From contig OZ024741.1 in assembly GCA_964016885.1 (NCBI GenBank), forward strand, positions 220,100,001-220,164,000: DNA of 64,000 bases. The letters are read 5' to 3'. The notes beneath the pieces were generated by a model. That model was given only the letters and a program-made list of their open reading frames with translations, made no database searches and had not been told where the DNA came from. This DNA comes from Eledone cirrhosa (Eukaryota). A program made the translations under genes and the position numbers. Positions 54,620 to 64,000 of this stretch are shown in pieces (position 1 is the stretch's first letter; every line of letters begins with the position of its first letter).

Positions 54620-54625
<6 letters not shown>
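54337..54625 (+). mobile_element. CORE-type tRNA SINE, near full length
   Basis: A-box TGGCCAAGTGG, B-box GGTTCGATTCC, CORE-like TTGTGTTCTTGAGCAAAACACTT; a minus-strand fragment lies near 24840-24915. Confidence 0.8.
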
Positions 54626-54681
<56 letters not shown>

Positions 54682-54695
54682 AAAAAAAGTCTCAA

Positions 54696-54740
<45 letters not shown>

Positions 54741-54744
<4 letters not shown>

Positions 54745-55148
54745 GTAAACAGAAAGAACAACACAATCGGTACAGTATATGGAAGGGATATATTAGGTTA
54801 ACGTTTGATATAGCAGGAAGAGGGTCTTAACGTTTCGGACGCTAGTCCTTCATCAGAAGAAAGAATGAAATGAGAAATAAGATAGACTGAGGGGACGGGA
54901 GGGATGGAATTGGAAAAGATGTCTTACACCCTTTCACCACTTGTTTCATTTTAATTTGTTTTCCTTCTCTTTACCCCCCCCCCCCTTTTAATGTTTTTCC
55001 ACCACTCCTCCTCACACCCTCGGAACTCTTTTCCTTCCCACTTTTCTCTTGATGAAGGGCTTATGCCTGAAACGTCGTCCCCCACCCTTCACTCTCACGC
55101 GTGAACCTAATTGTAACTCTGTTTGTACTGCACTCTTCGATATTGTTT
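54741..55148. mobile_element. (TA)n-flanked cassette of two diverged pLTR-like arms, each with a hammerhead, 3' ends outward
   Basis: HHR at 54825-54860(-) and HHR-like UUGAUGA-agggc uuau gccu-GAAAC GUC at 55049-55076(+); downstream tails are distantly similar. Confidence 0.7.
54825..54860 (-). ncRNA. Minimal type I hammerhead ribozyme
   Basis: UCUU-CUGAUGA-a-GGAC uagc GUCC-GAAAC GUU-AAGA; palindromic AACGUU stem III. Confidence 0.75.
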
Positions 55149-55165
55149 TTGTCTTTTGTTTTTAA

Positions 55166-55247
<82 letters not shown>

Positions 55248-55258
55248 AAAATGTTTAA

Positions 55259-55352
55259 TCCCGACGGCAGAGCTCAAGCCGTTTCGACGGATATTTCTGG
55301 ACTAAACTAGAATTTTTAGCATGGTAAATAAATAGCCGGATTTTTCAAGGGG
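55259..55352 (-). ncRNA. Hammerhead with U3-A8 covariant core and stable stem III
   Basis: CCCC-UUGAAAA-aucCGGCUAUUU...AAAUAUCCGuc-GAAACGGC uugagcucu GCCGUC-GGGA. Confidence 0.6.
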
Positions 55353-55471
55353 TAATTCCTTATATGGGAAGATTATATTTGTCAAAAGGATTGGTCAAAA
55401 TGTCTTGTAAACACAATTAAATCTTTCATAACAGTGGGTGGGAGCTGAGGTGGCTGAACTTGCCTGTAGAA

Positions 55472-55610
55472 CATATGTTGATGCCCTAAGGACAGACACT
55501 GGTCTCTTGGAGAGGCAGGACATGGCAGCGATAATGAGGGACAGAGACCGCTGGAGAGAACTCGTCCGTGGATCTCGTGAATTTTACCCGCCCTAGATAG
55601 ATAGGTAGAT
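55472..55610 (+). pseudogene. RTE 3' end, same family as 24932-25197
   Basis: GTTGATGCCCTAAGGACAGACACTGGTCT..GAATTTTACCCGCC followed by a (TAGA)n tail. Confidence 0.8.
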
Positions 55611-55738
55611 AACTTTACAATTCCAATTACTTGCAGCAAGTAAAATTGGTGAGTTTAGTGTGTATGAGGGGTCCCCCAAATCAGAAGTACCCCGGGTCGC
55701 CTAAGGTTTAACCTGAATCCTATGGTCATTCGTGACCG

Positions 55739-55822
55739 TAGGGTGTCTTTACCCTATTGAAGGATGTCTTTACCCTATTGAAGGGTGTCTTTACCCTATT
55801 GAAGGGTATCTTTACCCTATTG
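55739..55822. repeat. 21-bp tandem repeat, 4 copies
   Basis: AGGGTGTCTTTACCCTATTGA. Confidence 0.85.
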
Positions 55823-56613
55823 TAGATACATAGCTTAGTGGTTAGTGTGCTCGGCTCATGATTGTTGCAGCAATACACTTTATTAAACTACCTTAGGAAT
55901 GGTAAAATCGGTAGATCATCAGTAAAAAATGTGCTATAATATATTTGTTTCGCTACTTTATATATTGAACCCAATTCCACTCGTCATCAACTTTATCTTT
56001 CATCTTTCCAAGATCGATGAAATAAAATACCAGTAAAATACTGTGGTAGATTTACTTCACTTAACCCCCACCCTCTCTTCCAGAAATTACCGACCTTTGG
56101 CCTGAATTAGAAACCATTACTTTTCTTTTTATTAATATTATTATCATATATTGTATTAAATGATTTAGTTGTTGTAGTTGTGATTCAGCTTTAGGTCAGA
56201 CCAGATCAAACAATCAACAGACACGTGATCGAAGTTATTCCAATTGTTGTTATATATTGTTTTATTTGTATCTAGGTTTATCTAATGTATCCTTCGTAGT
56301 TTTCAAGAAATGCTATGAGGGGTATTTATCTACTATAATTGAGAAAAAGGGAGAGGATGCGAACAACATATATATATATATATATATATATGTTTTTCGC
56401 ATTCTCTCCCTTTTCTCAATTATATTAAGAGTGTGTGTGTGTGTGCGTGTAGATGGCAACTTGTTTTTCCATCTTTAAGGGTTTTCACCTCATTATATAT
56501 GCTATTTCCTATTTATAGAGATACATAAAGAGTCGTGTGCACATGCGTGGAGATGCTATGAAATAACAATTAAAATAAGGTGAAGACTCTTAAAGCCGTA
56601 AAAGGAAGTTGCC

Positions 56614-56667
<54 letters not shown>

Positions 56668-57157
56668 ACATACATACATACATACACATACAAACATGCG
56701 CGGTATAAATAACATGAAAGTTTTTTTCCTCCGATGCTCTAACGATTCTGTTAATCCAAATAATTTCAACAACAACAACAACAACAACAATTACTCTGGC
56801 AGTCATAACAATAAACTGTTGGGAATGTGTTGGTCGTGACATTCCATATGTAACTGGTTTTTATGAGTGTAAGAAGTTCTATCATCTTAGGAAGCAATGA
56901 TATGAGCCTATAATTTCAGCATCAGATCCTCAACTTCCTATAGATGTCACTTGGCACACTGGCACATGAAGGTCACTGCTAGCTCTCACTACATGTGCTA
57001 CCATGTGTTGTCACTTGGCACACTGGCACATGAAGGTGACTGCCAGCTCTCAATCCGCGCGCAACCATGTGTTGCCATCTGTTGGCGCGTTATAGAACTA
57101 GTCCGGAAACGCTTTGATACGACCACGTATACAATTACAGTTCCTCTTTATAAAGAC

Positions 57158-57372
57158 CAAGGTGTCAGAATAAAGTGTGGCAACCACAGGGTCATTGCTC
57201 TACCCTCGGACAAAGGTGTCAGAATAAAGTGTAGCAACTACAGGGTCATTGCTCTACCCTCGGACAAAGGTGTCAGAATAAAGTGTAGCAACCACAGGGT
57301 CATTGCTCTACCCTCGGACAAAGGTGTCAGAATAAAGTGTGGCAACCACAGGGTCATTGCTCTACCTTCGGA
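57158..57372 (+). repeat. In-frame 54-bp repeat, 4 copies, inside the RTE RT
   Basis: Encodes 4x KGVRIKC(G/S)N(H/Y)RVIALPSD. Confidence 0.9.
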
Positions 57373-57784
57373 TGTTGGCAAGATTCTGGCAACTACTCTT
57401 CTGACCTGCCGGAATAATTCCTTTTGTAATTGGTGTCTTTCCGTAATCTCAGTTTGGTTTCCATTGTAGAGAAGGATCAATGGATATTCTATTCACAACA
57501 ACCTGTATACAGAAGTGCTATGAGCAAAATATCGATGTTGTTCACCGCGTTTCCATTGATTTAACAAACCACTTGGATGCAGTGGACATGGTATTCATCT
57601 GGAAAATTCTCTGCAAAACATGGATGTCCAAATCACTTTCTATTTTCTATAAATTTAACCATTTCACGATGAAATGGATCAATGGGAAAATGGCGTTAAA
57701 TAGCGAGGCATCCTTGTCCCAATTCTCTTTCCATTTTATTTTGCTGTTGCTCTCCCTCATGTATTGCTGTCAAAGGTTGGTCTT

Positions 57785-60700
57785 CTGTGATATATATTGA
57801 GTACTAACTGTGAGCTTGTCAATGGTTGCTCCTGTGTGATATATATTGAGTACTAACTGTGAGCTTGTCAATGGTTGCTGTTGTGTGATATATATGGAAT
57901 ACCAACTGTGGGGTTGTCAATGGTTGCTGTTGTGTGATATATATGGAGCACCAACTGTGGGGTTGTCAATGGTTGCTGTTGTGTGATATATATGGAGCAC
58001 CAACTGTGGGGTTGTCAATGGTTGCTGTTGTGTGATATATATGGAGTACCAACTGTGAGGTTGTCAATGGTTGCTGTTGTGTGATATATATGGAATACCA
58101 ACTGTGGGGTTGTCAATGGTTGCTGTTGTGTGATATATATGGAGCACCAACTGTGGGGTTGTCAATGGTTGCTGTTGTGTGATATATATGGAATAGCAAC
58201 TGTGGGGTTGTCAATGGTTGCTGTTGTGTGATATATATGGAGTACCAACTGTGAGGTTGTCAATGGTTGCTGTTGTGTGATATATATGGAGTACCAACTG
58301 TGAGGTTGTCAATGGTTGCTGTTGTGTGATATATATGGAATACCAACTGTGAGGTTGTCAATGGTTGCTGTTGTGTGATATATATGGAATACCAACTGTG
58401 AGGTTGTCAATGGTTGCTGTTGTGTGATATATATGGAATACCAACTGTGAGGTTGTCAATGGTTGCTGTTGTGTGATATATATGGAGCACCAACTGTGAG
58501 GTTGTCAATGGTTGCTGTTGTGTGATATATATGGAATACCAACTGTGAGGTTGTCAATGGTTGCTGTTGTGTGATATATATGGAGCACCAACTGTGAGGT
58601 TGTCAATGGTTGCTGTTGTGTGATATATATGGAGCACCAACTGTGAGGTTGTCAATGGTTGCTGTTGTGTGATATATATGGAATACCAACTGTGGGGTTG
58701 TCAATGGTTGCTGTTGTGTGATATATATGGAATACCAACTGTGGGGTTGTCAATGGTTGTTGTTGTGTGATATATATGGAATACCAACTGTGGGGTTGTC
58801 AATGGTTGCTGTTGTGTGATATATATGGAATACCAACTGTGAGGTTGTCAATGGTTGCTGTTGTGTGATATATATGGAATACCAACTGTGGGGTTGTCAA
58901 TGGCTGCTGTTGTGTGATATATATGGAGCACCAACTGTGGGGTTGTCAATGGTTGCTGTTGTGTGATATATATGGAATACCAACTGTCAGGTTGTCAATG
59001 GTTGCTGTTGTGTGATATATATGGAATACCAACTGTGAGGTTGTCAATGGATGCTGTTGTGTGATATATATGGAATACCAACTGTGGGGTTGTCAATGGT
59101 TGCTGTTGTGTGATATATATGGAGCACCAACTGTGAGGTTGTCAATGGTTGCTGTTGTGTGATATATATGGAATACCAACTGTGGGGTTGTGAATGGTTG
59201 CTGTTGTGTGATATATATGGAATACCAACTGTGAGGTTGTCAATGGTTGCTGTTGTGTGATATACATGGAGCACCAACTGTGAGGTTGTCAATGGTTGCT
59301 GTTGTGTGATATATATGGAATACCAACTGTGGGGTTGTGAATGGTTGCTGTTGTGTGATATATATGGAGCACCAACTGTGAGGTTGTCAATGGTTGCTGT
59401 TGTGTGATATATATGGAGCACCAACTCTGGGGTTGTCAATGGTTGCTGTTGTGTGATATATATGGAATACCAACTGTGGGGTTCTGAATGGTTGCTGTTG
59501 TGTGATATATATGGAATACCAACTGTGGGGTTGTGAATGGTTGCTGTTGTGTGATATATATGGAATACCAACTGTGGGGTTGTGAATGGTTGCTGTTGTG
59601 TGATATATATGGAGTACCAACTGTGAGGTTGTCAATGGTTGCTGTTGTGTGATATATATGGAATACCAACTGTGGGGTTGTCAATGGTTGCTGTTGTGTG
59701 ATATATATGGAGTACCAACTGTGAGGTTGTCAATGGTTGCTGTTGTGTGATATATATGGAATACCAACTGTGGGGTTGTCAATGGTTGCTGTTGTGTGAT
59801 ATATATGGAATACCAACTGTGGGTTTGTCAATAGTTGCTGTTGTGTGATATATATGGAATACCAACTGTGGGGTTGTCAATGGCTGCTGTTGTGTGATAT
59901 ATATGGAATACCAACTGTGAGGTTGTCAATGGCTGCTGTTGTGTGATATATATGGAGCACCAACTGTGAGGTTGTCAATGGTTGCTGTTGTGTGATATAT
60001 ATGGAGCACCAACTGTGGGGTTGTCAATGGTTGCTGTTGTGTGATATATATGGAATACCAACTGTGATGTTGTCAATAGTTGCTGTTGTGTGATATATAT
60101 GGAATAGCAACTGTGAGGTTGTCAATGGTTGCTGTTGTGTGATATATATGGAGCACCAACTGTGAGGTTGTCAATGGTTGCTGTTGTGTGATATATATGG
60201 AATACCAACTGTGGGGTTGTCAATGGTTGCTGTTGTGTGATATATATGGAGCACCAACTGTGAGGTTGTCAATGGTTGCTGTTGTGTGATATATATGGAG
60301 CACTAACTGTCAGGTTGTCAATGGTTGCTGTTGTGTTATATATATGGAGCACCAACTGTCAGGTTGTCAATGGTTGCTGTTGTGTGATATATATGGAGCA
60401 CCAACTGTGGGGTTGTCAATGGTTGCTGTTGTGTGATATATATGGAATACCAACTGTGATGTTGTCAATAGTTGCTGTTGTGTGATATATATGGAATACC
60501 AACTGTGAGGTTGTCAATGGTTGCTGTTGTGTGATATATATGGAGCACCAACTGTGAGGTTGTCAATGGTTGCTGTTGTGTGATATATATGGAATACCAA
60601 CTGTGGGGTTGTCAATGGTTGCTGTTGTGTGATATATATGGAGCACCAACTGTGAGGTTGTCAATGGTTGCTGTTGTGTGATATATATGGAGCACTAACT

Positions 60701-61265
60701 GTCAGGTTGTCAATGGTTGCTGTTGTGTGATATATATGGAGCACCAACTGTCAGGTTGTCAATGGTTGCTGTTGTGTGATATATATGGAGCACCAACTGT
60801 GGGGTTGTCAATGGTTGCTGTTGTGTGATATATATGGAGCACCAACTGTGGGGTTGTCAATGGTTGCTGTTGTGTGATATATATGGAGCACCAACTGTGA
60901 GGTTGTCAATGGTTTTCAATGTGATATATATGGAATACTAACTGTTAGGTTGTCAATAGTTGCCCTTCTGTGATATATATATGGAATACCAACTATGAGA
61001 TATTACTGTCAATAGTTGCCCTTCTGTGATATATATTGAGTACCAACTGTGAGCTACTGCTGACAATGGTTGCTGTTCTGTTATATATATGGTGTACCAG
61101 CTGTTTAAGTTGTCAATGGTTTCTCCTGTGTAATATATATCGAGTACCAGCAATGAGGTACTGCTGACAAGGGTTGCTCCTGTGTGATATGTATGGGATA
61201 CTAACTGTGAGGTATTGCTGCCAAGTTTTGCCCTTCTGTGATATATATATATGGAGTAGCAGCTG
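57785..61265. repeat. 49-bp minisatellite (about 65-70 copies)
   Basis: GTGATATATATGGARYACCAACTGTGRGGTTGTCAATGGTTGCTGTTGT. Confidence 0.95.
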
Positions 61266-61724
61266 TCAGGTTTTGTTGTCAATTTGTGAGTCTTTCGATG
61301 ACTTGTACATGATCTCCTTTAAGTATATAATTGAGACTGAGTCCTCATATAAGTAACAATATTTAAATTCGCATAGATTATACTTCCACATGTTGTAAAG
61401 ACCGTTGTAATGTGGCAGTACTGCCCCCAATGGTAACAGACATGTGATATTATCTATCTTAGTTGAAGGAACAGAACTCAAATTAATAAACAACATTGTC
61501 TACATAGGCAGAACGTTCAGCCATTCTTGCTACTTTGATGATAAAACATCACTAAAACTTCAGAAAGCACCTAATTCCTTCAGAGTTCTTCTGTCTCATG
61601 TCCAGTGATCCTAACATAGTGTCTAATCATTCATGTTTATTGACTTGTGTCTCGTGTTCTGTGGCCCTAACATGGCGTCTTATTTATTGGCATATAGTGA
61701 TCCAAACATGGCGTCAAACCATGC

Positions 61725-63015
61725 ACGTTTATTAAACATCTCTCCTGTCCGGTGGTCCTAACACACCATCATATGTAGGTTTATTAAACATCTCTCCTGT
61801 CCTGTGGTCCTAACACGGCATCATATGTAGGTTTATTAAACATCTCTCCTGTCCTGTGGTCCTAACACGCCATCATATGTAGGTTTATTAAACATCTCTC
61901 CTGTCCTGTGGTCCAAACAGGCCATCATATGTAGGTTTATTAAACATCTCTCCTGTCCTGTGGTCCTAACACGCCATCATATGTAGGTTTATTAAACATC
62001 CCTCCTGTCCTGTGGTCCTAACACGCCATCATATGTAGGTTTATTAAACATCTCTCCTGTCCTGTGGTCCTAACACTACATCATATGTAGGTTTATTAAA
62101 CATCTCTCCTGTCCTGTGGTCCTAACGCGCCATCATATGTAGGTTTATTAAACATCTCTCCTGTCCTGTGGTCCTAACACGCCATCATATGTAGGTTTAT
62201 TAAACATCTCTCCTGTCCTGTGGTCCTAACAGGCCATCATATGTAGGTTTATTAAACATCTCTCCTGTCCTGTGGTCCTAACACGCCATCATATGTAGGT
62301 TTATTAAACATCCCTCCTGTCCTGTGGTCCTAACACGCCATCATATGTAGGTTTATTAAACATCTCTCCTGTCCTATGGTCCTAACACGCCATCATATGT
62401 AGGTTTATTAAACATCTCTCCTGTCCTGTGGTCCTAACACGCCATCATATGTAGGTTTATTAAACATCTCTCCTGTCCTGTGGTCCTAACACTACATCAT
62501 ATGTAGGTTTATTAAACATCTCTCCTGTCCTGTGGTCCTAACACTACATCATATGTAGGTTTATTAAACATCTCTCCTGTCCTGTGGTCCTAACACTACA
62601 TCATATGTAGGTTTATTAAACATCTCTCCTGTCCTGTGGTCCTAACACTGCATCATATGTAGGTTTATTAAACATCTCTCCTGTCCTGTGGTCCTAACAC
62701 AGCATCATATGTAGGTTTATTAAACATCTCTCCTGTCCTGTGGTCCTAACGTGCCATCATATGTAGGTTTATTAAACATCTCTCCTGTCCTGTGGTCCTA
62801 ACACGCCATCATATGTAGGTTTATTAAACATCCCTCCTGTCCTGTGGTCATAACACTGCATCATATGTAGGTTTATTAAACATCTCTCCTGTCCTGTGGT
62901 CCTAACACGCCATCATATGTAGGTTTATTAAACATCTCTCCTGTCCTGTGGTCCTAACACGCCATCATATGTAGGTTTATTAAACATCCCTCCTGTCCGG
63001 TGGTCCTAACATGGT
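61725..63015. repeat. 52-bp minisatellite (about 25 copies) with diverged flanking units
   Basis: ATTAAACATCTCTCCTGTCCTGTGGTCCTAACACGCCATCATATGTAGGTTT. Confidence 0.95.
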
Positions 63016-64000
63016 GTATTACGATGCATGTTTATTAATTTTTTCTCGTGTTCGGTGGTCTCATAACATGGTGTCTTATCGCGTATGTTTATGTAAGTCT
63101 ATTGTGTCCGGTAATCCTAATATGGCATATTATGCATGTTTATTTACGTATTAAGTGACGACCCTCTGCCAGATCCATGTAAATGTTCTGGAGCGTTTCA
63201 TCAGAGATGTTTAAAACATATTCTTAGCATCAGCTGGCCCTGAGAGAAATATTTTTAGGAGGGCACAGTTGATGGCACAGAAGCAACGTTTATGTTGGAA
63301 CTTACATCAATGAATGATCAAATGATTTAGAAATGGATGCTTTATGGCCACCGTGTATGGTGAAAACACCCTCAACACAAACCAAAGCTGTAGTTTAAAG
63401 ACAGGACGATGAAAATCCCTCTTTGAAAGCATTTTAACTTATTTTGATAGCCACTAATGAAGAAAATGGGCAAATTATGCTGCCGATGTTTTTGAAAAAG
63501 CAAACATTTCCCATGAAGATTTTAAGTCAACTGCACACGTTTATTGTGCAGAATTTAAGCAAGCTGCACCCTTTTCTCATGTAGACATTAAGGAGGGTGC
63601 ACATTTTAAAAGAACTGCATACATGTTTCTCGGAAAGTGTTTCCAGCTCAAATTATGGGCTGAAAACATTTGAGACATGTGAGAGCAAATTAGAAAGAGA
63701 TGCTTTTAATTGCAAACAAAGAAGAAAATGAAAAAAGAAGGATGATGCGGATGTTATTTTTTTTTCTTTTTTGAAAAATCACACATTTCGTATACATAGT
63801 TTAAGTGAGCTGCACGAATGGACACGATTTGTGAAGTGGAATATGTAAAGTTGGTCTGATGATCGGATATGACTTGCATCCATGCCAGGTCGATAAAAAG
63901 TACCTGTCTAGAACTGGGGACGATTCTTCCACTTTATCTTTTTCTCATTTACTTTCTCTCACCTTCTAACTTTCTCTAAAAGAAATCTGCGGTTCACGTT

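Larger units (their letters stand above)
57080..63228 (+). pseudogene. Decayed RTE (BovB-like) ORF2 reverse transcriptase interrupted by three tandem arrays
   Basis: Collinear remnants ITVPLYKDQG..CGNHRVIAL..GKILA; MDILFT..QKCYEQN..SIDLTNHLDAV..WKILCK; EGTELKLINNIVYIGRTFS..DDKTSLKLQKA; VLERF, then HQRCLKHIL-like across a frameshift. Confidence 0.75.

Overview
Repeat-saturated, AT-rich animal genomic DNA. The SINE types and microsatellite load suggest a coleoid cephalopod, but that is inference. I find no host protein-coding gene; most ORF-track entries are microsatellite artefacts. The window holds decayed Penelope-like elements (Naiad-type, with RDDGL RT and C-terminal GIY-YIG), a Chapaev3-like DNA transposon, RTE, R4/Dong-like and CRE-like LINE fragments, an LTR with a tRNA-Trp-like PBS, many tRNA-derived SINEs, MITEs and several minisatellites. 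The most notable signal is a dense set of hammerhead-ribozyme (HHR) motifs read directly from the sequence, about 15 intact or decayed. They occur in (i) two retrozyme-like tandem arrays (about 428-bp monomer at 6661-8265, about 483-bp monomer at 11404-13600), each with one HHR per monomer and an internal inversion; (ii) PLE pLTRs; and (iii) short (TA)n-flanked cassettes carrying two back-to-back HHRs. Two motifs have a U3-A8 covariant core (UUGAAAA). Most of these inserts share a both-3'-ends-outward architecture. Separately, one RTE ORF2 has spawned three different minisatellites in place. All folds and family assignments were made by eye, with no searches or folding software.
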